Virus record (IMG/VR): IMGVR_UViG_3300010412_000005
Span: 12,546-76,545 of that record
DNA length: 64,000 bases
Strand: one strand, 5' to 3'
From: a virus
The notes under the pieces were generated by a model. The model was given only the letters and a program-made list of their open reading frames with translations. It was not told the DNA's origin and did no database searches. Position 1 is the stretch's first letter. Every line of letters begins with the position of its first letter. The position numbers and the translations under genes were made by a program. Positions 48,626 through 56,886 of the stretch are shown piece after piece.

Positions 48626-49416
48626 GTGTATTTCACATTGATTGCACTGTTGAGACACTTACGACAGAACTTCTCACCAAGAGGTTCCTTGATGAGATCA
48701 GCCATTGTGTATTCGTCGTCTAGCGGAGTGCTTCGCCATGTCTTGAGATACTCAATCAGATATGAAGGCATGTGCAGCAAGCCTATAACCCTGAACTGCA
48801 GCAGCCATAGCATGATAAGCTCCCATCCCCAGAAGCAGTATTCACGGAAGTCGTTGTGCTTCCTGTAGAATCTGCCATCTGTGATAACGTCATCGCTTGC
48901 AAGCGATTGGTATGTATCCATCCAGCAGTAGTCTGCTTTCTGTCCTTTGATGACTTTGCGTGCGTCACCAACGTGGATGTGAATCTTCTTCATCTCTGGT
49001 CGACGTTCGTGCATGCGTGCGAACAACCTGATCACATCCGTGTTGATCTCAGCAACGTGAACCTCCTTGACGTCTTTCTTGCGTGCGCAGCGCAATGGGA
49101 AGTAGCCAAGGCCAAGGCCAGCAGTCCATACGACACCGTTGGCTCGCTTAATTGACAACTCGGATGCCTGCACTTCCATAGCGGTAAGAGACATCCATAG
49201 TTGCCCGTCTACTTTGAGCTGTGGAATCGCACCTGGAACGGATGCTCTGAAGTTCTTGTTGAAGTAATCATCGCATCGCATCGGTGGTTTTGTAGCCAGC
49301 GTGATCGTTGCTGTGCCTTCCGTCATCTCACGTTTCACATCCAAGAAGTCGAGTGCCTTCTTCCAGAATGCATCCGTGAATGGATTGCCTACCGGCGTGT
49401 TTCTTCTGGTGCCCAT
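48622..49416 (-). CDS. spermidine-synthase-like SAM-binding protein
   Basis: VWTAGLGLGY, VHVAEINTDVI, IHVGDA, DYCWMDT. Confidence 0.75.
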   Translation of the reverse strand: MGTRRNTPVGNPFTDAFWKKALDFLDVKREMTEGTATITLATKPPMRCDDYFNKNFRASVPGAIPQLKVDGQLWMSLTAMEVQASELSIKRANGVVWTAGLGLGYFPLRCARKKDVKEVHVAEINTDVIRLFARMHERRPEMKKIHIHVGDARKVIKGQKADYCWMDTYQSLASDDVITDGRFYRKHNDFREYCFWGWELIMLWLLQFRVIGLLHMPSYLIEYLKTWRSTPLDDEYTMADLIKEPLGEKFCRKCLNSAINVKYT

Positions 49417-49643
49417 TGCAGATACCTTTCGCATTCAGCTTTGTTGAATCCATCGACATAACCAACGCCATCCCACCGTATGCTGACACCAGGATCACTG
49501 CCTATTGAGTAGTGCTCGATCACAGTGCCAACTGTGTTGGCTGGAACACCTGCCCAGCTCACGATGGTTTGGACTCGGTCACCTATTTTAATTGTGGTGA
49601 TGTCCATGATGGTCATGGTGGTCTGGCTTGGAACAGTGACCAC
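49389..49643 (-). CDS. small SH3-like hypothetical protein
   Basis: IKIGDRVQ...TVGTV...VSIRWD; start probably internal. Confidence 0.5.
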   Translation of the reverse strand: MVTVPSQTTMTIMDITTIKIGDRVQTIVSWAGVPANTVGTVIEHYSIGSDPGVSIRWDGVGYVDGFNKAECERYLQWAPEETRR

Positions 49644-49923
49644 CTGGGATCTCCTTTTCCAACTCTTTCACAACAGGATCGTCGTGTCCTTGCACTACGC
49701 TTTGCATGGTAGATCTGAGCATTCTCAGCTCCTGCGTAGACTCAGCAAGGTAGTTAGTGATTCCATGAACATGATCATGAAGCATGCGGCGTGTCCTCCG
49801 CTGCTCAGTAATCAGTTGTCCAATGCCTGCTGCTATTAACGCAAGAAAGGTTAACAGCCCGATGATAGATATGAGTTCAAACATACTTAGTTCCTTTTTC
49901 ATAGCAGAGTGAGTCGAGCACAC
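49588..49923 (-). CDS. small membrane protein
   Basis: Hydrophobic ISIIGLLTFLALIAAGIG; start probably at MFELIS. Confidence 0.5.
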   Translation of the reverse strand: MCSTHSAMKKELSMFELISIIGLLTFLALIAAGIGQLITEQRRTRRMLHDHVHGITNYLAESTQELRMLRSTMQSVVQGHDDPVVKELEKEIPGGHCSKPDHHDHHGHHHN

Positions 49924-50203
49924 TCAGGAACTCTGCCCTTTTCCTTGGGTGTGCCATGATGTCAACGAGCAAGCGAAATACCTGCTCGTTCTCTGGGTCT
50001 TTGTTGCCTGCGCGTATGAATCGAGCATTCCAAAACAGAAGATCGAATCCATCACACACAGCTATCCATACTCCCTTGTTGGTTGTTGTTGTTTTCTTTT
50101 CAAGGACTACACGCTGAGCATGAATGTCCCAAGTTACCTTGAGCCATCCCTTGATTAGCTTCTTGTCCTTGCCAGTGGCTTTAACTAACGCGTATGTATC
50201 CAT
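49877..50203 (-). CDS. hypothetical protein
   Basis: 108 aa, GGAG upstream. Confidence 0.55.
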   Translation of the reverse strand: MDTYALVKATGKDKKLIKGWLKVTWDIHAQRVVLEKKTTTTNKGVWIAVCDGFDLLFWNARFIRAGNKDPENEQVFRLLVDIMAHPRKRAEFLSVLDSLCYEKGTKYV

Positions 50204-50393
50204 GCGATAGCTCCTCTACCTTCTTGCAGATGTCATCGTATTCCATGTCCATCCATACGCAGTCATCAAGAAACGTGTCGATGCGTGGGGTCTTAATGCG
50301 CTTGCGCTGCATCGCTTTCCGATACTGCTGCAGATAGGCTAGAACTACGTGAACATTGCCTTCAGGCGAACCTCGCTTGATAGTTATGCTCAT
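50181..50393 (-). CDS. hypothetical protein
   Basis: GSPEGNVHVVL; ATGA coupling. Confidence 0.6.
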   Translation of the reverse strand: MSITIKRGSPEGNVHVVLAYLQQYRKAMQRKRIKTPRIDTFLDDCVWMDMEYDDICKKVEELSHGYIRVS

Positions 50394-50590
50394 CGTTTAC
50401 GGCGCTGCATATTCCAGATCACCAGACTTTTGCCATGCGAGCTGAACTGTGCGTGTTCCATAGGAACCAGCGACTTGATAACTGGATGTCTCCAGTAGTC
50501 AGGTTGCTTACGCCTGTTCGACTTGTGACGCGGGTCAGTGTGTCTGGTTTGCTGGCCTTTCCTCCTGAACTGTGTGAAGACGCCACTCAT
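50390..50590 (-). CDS. hypothetical basic protein
   Basis: ATGA coupling on both sides. Confidence 0.5.
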   Translation of the reverse strand: MSGVFTQFRRKGQQTRHTDPRHKSNRRKQPDYWRHPVIKSLVPMEHAQFSSHGKSLVIWNMQRRKR

Positions 50591-50835
50591 CGCAGTGCGG
50601 CGTCAAGTTTTCGGATCTCGTCTGCTGACAATCTGGCAATTCTGCCAGTGTTGACAGCCCTCATAATAGCTCGTGCGCAACGCGCATAAGCCTCGTGGTT
50701 TGCCTGTTCACGGGTGCTGCCGAAGCCGGTGATACCGTTCGTCAGCCTGCACATGAACACGGTGTTGTTCTTCACAAGTCTAGTCTCTTGGATCTTGACG
50801 TGTGAAGCCTCTGCCTTTGCTTGACGTGTTGTCAT
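50587..50835 (-). CDS. hypothetical protein
   Basis: 82 aa coupled ORF. Confidence 0.55.
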   Translation of the reverse strand: MTTRQAKAEASHVKIQETRLVKNNTVFMCRLTNGITGFGSTREQANHEAYARCARAIMRAVNTGRIARLSADEIRKLDAALR

Positions 50836-50894
50836 TGCTTACCTTGTCTACAGAGCCCCAACTCTGTGTTGTTCTACCTCCTTGAAAACTTGCT

Positions 50895-51173
50895 CTACAC
50901 TTTGAACCTGCGCTGAACCAACTGATACTGAATGTCAGTGAGTTGTTTCATCACTCCTTCTGCCTTGATCTTTTCAATCTCATCATTCGGAAGCTTCCTC
51001 GTCTTGCCTTCACTGGTGAATCCGAACATCTGTGTGCACGCTGAGCAAAAAGACAAACAGTTCTCGTCGATTTGAAACTTCGCATTCTTGTTGCATACAG
51101 GCAGCTGACTGATGACCGTCATCTTGTTGCCGCAGTGCGGACATTCATGTGGGTGAATAAGGTGTGTTCTCAT
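50895..51173 (-). CDS. Zn-ribbon protein
   Basis: CPHCG...CSAC. Confidence 0.6.
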   Translation of the reverse strand: MRTHLIHPHECPHCGNKMTVISQLPVCNKNAKFQIDENCLSFCSACTQMFGFTSEGKTRKLPNDEIEKIKAEGVMKQLTDIQYQLVQRRFKV

Positions 51174-51541
51174 AGTTCTTGTAGGTCGAATTCATATTCC
51201 AATCCTTTCTCTAGGCACATGCGAAGATCTAAGTTTGGAATCACGTGATAGTCGATGTCGTCGATGCTAACTCCGTCATCCAGAAGATATTCAACTGCTT
51301 TGCTAAGTCTGTATGGCTCAGCGACAGCAACTCTTCCAGTCTCACCTTCATACCTTGCTTTCCAAAAGCGCTTCTGGTGAAGCAGTGTGCAATCATTTGC
51401 AGTGTCTGACGTGATGATGATTACATTGGTGATCTGAGGATTGACGTGTAGATGCCCATCACATACACCCATTGCCTCTACATGACTCCAGTAGTGCATC
51501 GTCTTCACTGGAGTATTCTCTCCATCGACGAGGTTCCACAT
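51170..51541 (-). CDS. hypothetical protein
   Basis: 123 aa, GGAG upstream. Confidence 0.6.
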   Translation of the reverse strand: MWNLVDGENTPVKTMHYWSHVEAMGVCDGHLHVNPQITNVIIITSDTANDCTLLHQKRFWKARYEGETGRVAVAEPYRLSKAVEYLLDDGVSIDDIDYHVIPNLDLRMCLEKGLEYEFDLQEL

Positions 51542-51542
51542 G

Positions 51543-51758
51543 TCAGTCTCCCTGCACAGGAACCATTGCCTCGTTCAGCGTTTTGCCAACCTCGGCAAAT
51601 GGTTTGCATCCAATGTTGATGTTGGCATCGCATACAATTCTGCATGCCTCCTCCTCTGTGTATTTGCCTGCCTCAGCAAGCACATCAGTGTATCCGCATG
51701 CGGCATACCTCCACCACATGCCTCGCTCGAAGTTCCAGATCCAATAGAGTTTGCTCAT
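51543..51758 (-). CDS. conserved small phage protein
   Basis: YWIW...WW..ACGYT...EAGKYTEEEA. Confidence 0.7.
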   Translation of the reverse strand: MSKLYWIWNFERGMWWRYAACGYTDVLAEAGKYTEEEACRIVCDANINIGCKPFAEVGKTLNEAMVPVQGD

Positions 51759-51815
51759 AGCAGCAGCAATAGGATTGAGAACGCAACGAATAGTGCGAAC
51801 AGCACATACCAGATC

Positions 51816-52559
51816 TTAATGAGTCGTGTCATTGGCAACCTCCCCAACAAACGCGTCGAGATAGTTGATGCAATCAGCCACGTTGCCTGCGTTCTGGCTC
51901 ATGCGATCACGCAGCAGCTGAAGCCTATCACGTAGTAGTGACCATCTGTCTTGCAAGTCTCCAACAGTTTTGTTCGCATCGTTTCTCAGGTCCTGCAGCT
52001 GTGACAACATGCCTTTGTTGCGCCGGTCCAACGCCTCGATCACGCCGACCTTCTCTTTGAGCGCATCGTTCGTGACATCGAGCCTACGTTTGATCTCATC
52101 TAGCGACTTGACTAGATTGTTGTTCTCGCTCTTAACCCCTGCACACTCTTGCGCGATTCTGCTATTCTCACTCACCAGCTCTCGAATGCGCTCGGCTTGC
52201 ATTTCGTTGACATCGTCAAACTTGACCTTGTCAAACTCCTTCAGGTCATGAAGCTCTTTCTGCGTGGCATCGAGAGCTTTCGCCAGCTTAACGCATTGGT
52301 CATTTGCATAACGCTTATCCTCATACAGCCTGCGGATATAATTCTCAAGGGCATCGACTTTCCATGAACATCCCTTAGCGAATCCAGGAACAGTGATGCG
52401 AATATCCCCACCTTCTGCCTTCATTGCCTCCAACTCAGCGCTCTTGCGCTCGTAACGCTCGTCTTGCTCATTCAATGTCTTGAGTAAGGCTGTGCCTAAC
52501 TCTGCGTTCGCTTTACATAGATCAACGAACGTCTGCACCGGCATCTCTGCTACTTTCAT
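51816..52559 (-). CDS. long coiled-coil protein
   Basis: AAGGA upstream of ATG 52559; extended heptads; directly downstream of the RAMP gene. Confidence 0.7.
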   Translation of the reverse strand: MKVAEMPVQTFVDLCKANAELGTALLKTLNEQDERYERKSAELEAMKAEGGDIRITVPGFAKGCSWKVDALENYIRRLYEDKRYANDQCVKLAKALDATQKELHDLKEFDKVKFDDVNEMQAERIRELVSENSRIAQECAGVKSENNNLVKSLDEIKRRLDVTNDALKEKVGVIEALDRRNKGMLSQLQDLRNDANKTVGDLQDRWSLLRDRLQLLRDRMSQNAGNVADCINYLDAFVGEVANDTTH

Positions 52560-52591
52560 AATGGTTCTTTCCTTGTGTTGTTGTGTGTGAA

Positions 52592-53194
52592 TCAAAGGAT
52601 CTCGTAGCTGAATCTCCCTGTTCCGCTGTTGCGCCACTGCCCAAACCCACGAAGAGCACCGTAGTCAAGCCACTCGATGAGACACTTCTCGTATGTGTCA
52701 TCAAGAAGAAGTGTTTCATACTCAATCCAGCTGCCTTCTGGAACAACTTCACTGTTCGCGAGCGCAACACGCTCTCCCTGCATAGTCGTTATACGCAATG
52801 GGCGCTGGCATGATCCTATCTTGCCTCCTTCAGGAAGATTGATTGGTATCCTGCGTGGGAACACGAAGATCAATCCATCAATGATCTTCTTGTATGCTCT
52901 AAGCTTTTTCGATTGTGTGTCAGGAAGCCTAGCCAGCATACCGCACGCATCTTTATACGACCCTTTGATCTGGTAGTCCCAATACATAGGACGTCCATCA
53001 TCCATGCGTGGAAACACTGACTGCAGTTTGCCTTCAACAATCTCAGGTCCAAGGGCAGCAATCTCCTCTTCAAGCGAGATTGCATTGGGTCCTTTGCTCG
53101 CAATGAATTCCTTGTGGATCTCTGGATTAGACGATGCCGTTCCGAGAACCTTCTCGTTAAACGTGACACGAACCTTGATTCTTTTCTTTGCCAT
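52592..53194 (-). CDS. stand-alone Cas7/Csm3-like RAMP-superfamily protein (200 aa)
   Basis: N-terminal strand IKVRVTFNEKVLG, YQIKGSYKDAC (KG motif), SEVVPEGSWIEY, C-terminal G-rich loop GFGQWRNSGTGRF; GGAGAG 7 nt before ATG 53194. Confidence 0.8.
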   Translation of the reverse strand: MAKKRIKVRVTFNEKVLGTASSNPEIHKEFIASKGPNAISLEEEIAALGPEIVEGKLQSVFPRMDDGRPMYWDYQIKGSYKDACGMLARLPDTQSKKLRAYKKIIDGLIFVFPRRIPINLPEGGKIGSCQRPLRITTMQGERVALANSEVVPEGSWIEYETLLLDDTYEKCLIEWLDYGALRGFGQWRNSGTGRFSYEIL

Positions 53195-53201
53195 ATCACT
53201 A

Positions 53202-53264
53202 CTCTCCGTTTCGGTCATGCTGTGACCATCATCAGCGCATCAGCATTAGATGCGGACGTGAGAA
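53202..53264 (-). ncRNA. type III hammerhead ribozyme
   Basis: UUCUCAC-GUC | CGCAUC-uaaugcu-GAUGCG | CUGAUGA-U | GGUCA-cagca-UGACC | GAAA-CGGAGAG: core, three stems and complementary loops (UGCU/AGCA). Predicted cut between 53255 and 53254. Confidence 0.88.
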
Positions 53265-53294
53265 GGCTGGGGCAACTATTGTCACCCCAGCCTT
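53263..53294 (-). promoter_or_regulatory. 10-bp hairpin between array and ribozyme
   Basis: AAGGCTGGGG...CCCCAGCCTT perfect inverted repeat, 12-nt loop region. Confidence 0.75.
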
Positions 53295-53296
53295 TG

Positions 53297-53800
53297 TGTG
53301 CCTCTGCATTGCCGCTCCACTCAGTTCCGCGCCGTTCCCTCACTCATCCGTCGCCAACACATCGGTGCCTTGCTCATCCGTAGCGAGTCGACACGATGCC
53401 TGTCCTTTCCCCTCACTCGCTATGCTGTTCGGCTCCATTCATTTCCTTGGCCCGTCCAATCTCTGCCTCACCATTCCATTTCCTTGCACGTCATTTCCTT
53501 TCCTTCGCTTCTCCTCGCCGTTCTGTTCCGTTCTATTCTCTGGCGTATCGTCTCCACTCCATGCTTCTCCACCGCTACTCATCGCTACACTACGCCGTTT
53601 CGGTTCCGCTTTGTGCTGAGCTTTTCTAGTGCTGCTCCATGCTAATCTCTTCGATTCGGTTCCACAGCGATTCCCCTCCTATCTTTTCCTTTCCACAGCA
53701 CTTCCGTTCGAAGGTTTGCCATTCCGCTGCCATGCAGCGCGTCACTGTTCCTCTTCTACGCCACGCTGTTAGCTACTCTGCGCATCTGCTCTATTGCTTT
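53297..53800 (-). repeat. non-coding degenerate pentamer array (NG[A/C]+NN), candidate guide/structural RNA
   Basis: About 90 units with G every 5 nt and one 6-nt unit per block; blocks of 26/31/36 nt mostly start GGA; no minus-strand ORF over 53297-53768. Confidence 0.85.
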
Positions 53801-54110
53801 TCACGTGCTCAACCATGCGTCGGTGCATGGCCTCAGCTTGTTCAACTCCACCGCTGCAGCGATCCATGTGTTGATCGAGGGGATCGTCCTTGTTGTCCGT
53901 AAAGATCATGGATTCCCACAGTATGGGCGGTCCATGACTTGAGTAGTTGTGATCGAGCCCAAGAAACACAGTGCTGATGCGATAAGCACCAACGTCTGTG
54001 ATCCATTGAAACTCCCTGCGTATCTCCGAACCAAAAAATGCGCACCACTCAGCAAGTGTCGCAATCTTTACCTTTCCGTTTCGATCCAGGACATATTTGT
54101 GCGGTGTCAT
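53769..54110 (-). CDS. conserved phage hypothetical protein
   Basis: ISTVFLGLDH...PILWESMIF...QAEAMH, a widespread phage motif. Confidence 0.75.
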   Translation of the reverse strand: MTPHKYVLDRNGKVKIATLAEWCAFFGSEIRREFQWITDVGAYRISTVFLGLDHNYSSHGPPILWESMIFTDNKDDPLDQHMDRCSGGVEQAEAMHRRMVEHVKSNRADAQSS

Positions 54111-54307
54111 CTACTTCCTCAATGATGATGTGCTTGCTCAGCCAGTAGTTCGCCCATCGAATTGAATACATGTGCGCCAGTATCATTACACCACAGAAAC
54201 TGGCCCAGTATATCAAGGCGTCTGGTGTTCCAATCAACACTTCACCTACCCAGTAAACGCAGCACACGCACACCATGATGTCCCAGAACTTATTCTTCCT
54301 CAACATT
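54049..54307 (-). CDS. small membrane protein
   Basis: Two hydrophobic segments; start inferred near MLRKNKFW. Confidence 0.45.
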
Positions 54308-54520
54308 GGGATCAGCTTGCGCCCATCCAGATGGTATAGCTGTTTCTTCACTTCCATCCTTAGCTTCATCCAGCGCTGCATCGGCTTGGAATAAGTGTTC
54401 CAGTTCTCTGCATACACACTGTCCAACAGCATGATCGCAGCCTCCCACGTCCTTCACGTAGTCAGCCACGTCATCACGCAGGTTTTGCAGTGCCATCACC
54501 AGCTTTTGTGCTGTGTTCAT
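54290..54520 (-). CDS. hypothetical protein
   Basis: GGAGG upstream; GGCDHAVGQCVC. Confidence 0.65.
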   Translation of the reverse strand: MNTAQKLVMALQNLRDDVADYVKDVGGCDHAVGQCVCRELEHLFQADAALDEAKDGSEETAIPSGWAQADPNVEEE

Positions 54521-54759
54521 CTGTCCTCCAGTCCGAACTCAACAGTGAACAGGCCAAGGTTGTATTCCCTGTCCAGTCTCTGCAGGTCCTCGGTGCTCAG
54601 CATGTCGCGCTTGTATGCCCACACGATTGCCTCCGTGTGATCCACAGGATACGCGCCACGCCTGCTCCAAAACGCTTCAACGCAGCGGCGTCTCAGCTGT
54701 TGTGGAGTCGGTTGCAGTGTTCTGCGCAAGTCAGCGCAGAGTTTGTCGATGTGTTCCAT
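54517..54759 (-). CDS. hypothetical protein
   Basis: AAGGAG upstream of ATG 54759 (MEHIDK); ATGA coupling. Confidence 0.6.
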   Translation of the reverse strand: MEHIDKLCADLRRTLQPTPQQLRRRCVEAFWSRRGAYPVDHTEAIVWAYKRDMLSTEDLQRLDREYNLGLFTVEFGLEDR

Positions 54760-54780
54760 CTCTCTTCTCCTTCGTTCAGC

Positions 54781-56020
54781 GTGAAATCGACACAAAAAAG
54801 CGGCAGAACTCAACATCGTGCACACGCACGCATGAGCCTGCCGCTCTGATTTCACCAGGAACTGAACCTAGCACCCTCATTTTGACAGTGGACTCCCACG
54901 TTGTCTACTTTGAGCGTGCACCAAATCGTTGGCGAGATGTCTGCCTCATGTAGTCTTTCTCTACATGTGTTCAGCCAGACATTGCATCCCCTCGCCATGC
55001 TCTTTGCACATGAACCCGATGCACGGATTCACCAGCCCGTCGACCAAGTCGCTGTCTTCCGTCATACTCAGCGCATGCTGACATTCAGCCATGACTCCAT
55101 CTACATGAGTTGAGCAACCGCCCAACAAGACGCAGACTGCTTTTCTGACTCCAGCTTCTGTCAGGACACCGTTTCGCGTATGCCCCAGGTCCGCTGTTTT
55201 TCTGCAGCCAAGTGCCTTCCCACCACGCACCTTGCCCCAATGACCACAGGATGGTCGCTGTCGCCTACCACAGCACGTTTACAATCTCCATCACGTTTAG
55301 CTACCCAGAGAATCTTACTGGCAGATAGTCGCTGCGTGTCACGTTCGCTCGTATATGCACGCTCCTTGTGCTTCCCTCTCGACGCCCTTCATCGCTCTTA
55401 CCCGTGTCACATCCATTTCCTCGCATTGTCCCTGTGCTCGTGCCCTTTGCGCCTAACGATGCTCGATCCCAGTTGCTAACTGATTGCTGATTCTTAGTCG
55501 CCTCACGGCAACCTCACAGACCTGCTCCAATCCCAGTTGTTGAGGGTCGTTGATCAGGTCTAAGCATCTACGCTGATCCTCTCGGACTTCGGACTACACC
55601 CCAGCCAATGTCTTGTCAGGGTGGATGTGCACGCTGATTTGCAATCCCCGCCATCTCCCTTCTGAGCATGTGCCCAGACGCCATGCATTCCCACAAACCA
55701 CAGCACTACCGATCCTCCAGGTTTTCCTTCGCGTAGCCTTGCAGCCCATGAACAATGGATTCTGCGGCTTCCGCTATCATCGGCAACCCCAACGCATGCA
55801 AACACCAAGACACCTTGACTAGAGACTAAGCACACGCTCAGACCGTCATCAGCACACGTTACCGTCTACCCTCAATGAACTTTCAGCGAATCACGGCAAA
55901 TCACCCGCTATCGCATCGCCAAACCCGATTCCACGCAGAGAAACCAGGAGCAAACCACTGCGCACGCACAAACGCACGCAGTCGTTTGACCCCGCTTGAA
56001 CAAGCAAGAGACGCTAAGAA
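54781..56020 (-). ncRNA. possible large structured non-coding RNA / leader region
   Basis: No convincing ORF; several hairpins, including GNRA-capped ones, on the minus strand. Confidence 0.4.
54794..54845 (-). terminator. long hairpin with U-tract
   Basis: AGCGGCAG...CTGCCGCT-TTTTT, nested in outer GTGAAATC/GATTTCAC inverted repeat (54781-54855). Confidence 0.65.
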
Positions 56021-56025
56021 ACGCA

Positions 56026-56060
56026 GCTAGGCCGCCAGATTTTACTCTGGCAGCCGTAGC
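56026..56060 (-). terminator. hairpin after 56073-56642 gene
   Basis: GCTAcGGCTGCCAGA-gtaaaa-TCTGGCGGCCTAGC; weak U-tract. Confidence 0.55.
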
Positions 56061-56072
56061 GCGTGTTGAGTC

Positions 56073-56642
56073 TTACAGCTTCACACCCTGCGCAGCCGCC
56101 CAAGCCTTGATCGCTTCACCAGCCTTACGGTGACGCTCCAGCTTGTCTTGAGCCTGCATCTTCACGTCGATTTCCTTGCCATACCGCAGACCACCCTCAA
56201 TCCGCACCATGTCGCCAGTCTTGCGGTCGCGGACGACTCGCTCAGGCTGGAATCGCAGAACGTGCGCGTTAACACCGTCGATCTTGAGAACAGTCTCCCT
56301 CGCCGTCACGGCTCGGTAGTCGCGGTCGAATGCCTTGGTCAATTCCTTGGCTCGCTCGCGCTGTTCCTTGGTAGGTTTCCAATCCTCCGCTCGCTCCGCA
56401 CCCTTGTTGCCGTAGGCGCAGTCGTAAACAAGGGACAGATTCCCCAACAAGTCGCGCAGCTGGATGACTTCACCAAACTTGCGCTCGCCATCCTTCGGCT
56501 TGCTGCTGCGTCTCGCCTTCCCAAGATACGGCAGCAGACTCTGCCACTTGCTTTGCACCGCTGGCAGCGTCGAGACCGTAGTCTCAAGCGTGAACACGAC
56601 GTTGCTTGACTCTTGCTTGTTGCTCTTTTTGGACTTTGCCAT
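56073..56642 (-). CDS. hypothetical basic protein
   Basis: AAGGA upstream of ATG 56642 (MAKSKK); 189 aa. Confidence 0.7.
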   Translation of the reverse strand: MAKSKKSNKQESSNVVFTLETTVSTLPAVQSKWQSLLPYLGKARRSSKPKDGERKFGEVIQLRDLLGNLSLVYDCAYGNKGAERAEDWKPTKEQRERAKELTKAFDRDYRAVTARETVLKIDGVNAHVLRFQPERVVRDRKTGDMVRIEGGLRYGKEIDVKMQAQDKLERHRKAGEAIKAWAAAQGVKL

Positions 56643-56873
56643 TGCTTTGCTTTCCTTCGCCGCTTGTGAATGTCTTGCAAGGGAGCGGCAAACCAGCTGC
56701 AAGACTTCGGGCAACATTGCCCTAGCCTCAGTCAACACGACTTTGACCATACCTAGCGGATTCTGCCGCTTGTAGGTATGGCATCCCATACCCAGGGCGG
56801 GGTGCCGGGTGGGTGCTCAGGCCGCATAATGGGTCTCCCTTACGAACTCACGGCCATTTTTCGGGGCATTCGC

Positions 56874-56886
56874 TATCAACGACTTA
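56874..56886 (+). promoter_or_regulatory. IHF-consensus site
   Basis: TATCAACGACTTA matches WATCAANNNNTTR, in a non-coding gap. Confidence 0.4.

Noticed and set aside
53195-53218. N-terminal extension MTETESSD of the RAMP ORF
   Set aside because: This ATG lies inside ribozyme stem-loop II without an RBS; ATG 53194 has GGAGAG.
53297-53800. Canonical CRISPR array
   Set aside because: No identical 23-47-nt direct repeats separated by spacers.
53188-53902. Plus-strand S/P/F/L-rich ORFs over the array
   Set aside because: By-products of the pyrimidine-rich strand of a 5-nt-periodic repeat, opposite to local transcription.
55320-55480. Second pentamer array in a pyrimidine-rich stretch
   Set aside because: Could not keep a 5-nt register by eye.
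55846-55852. Second CTGATGA (minus strand) as another hammerhead
   Set aside because: No stem II followed by GAAA and no matching stems I/III found.
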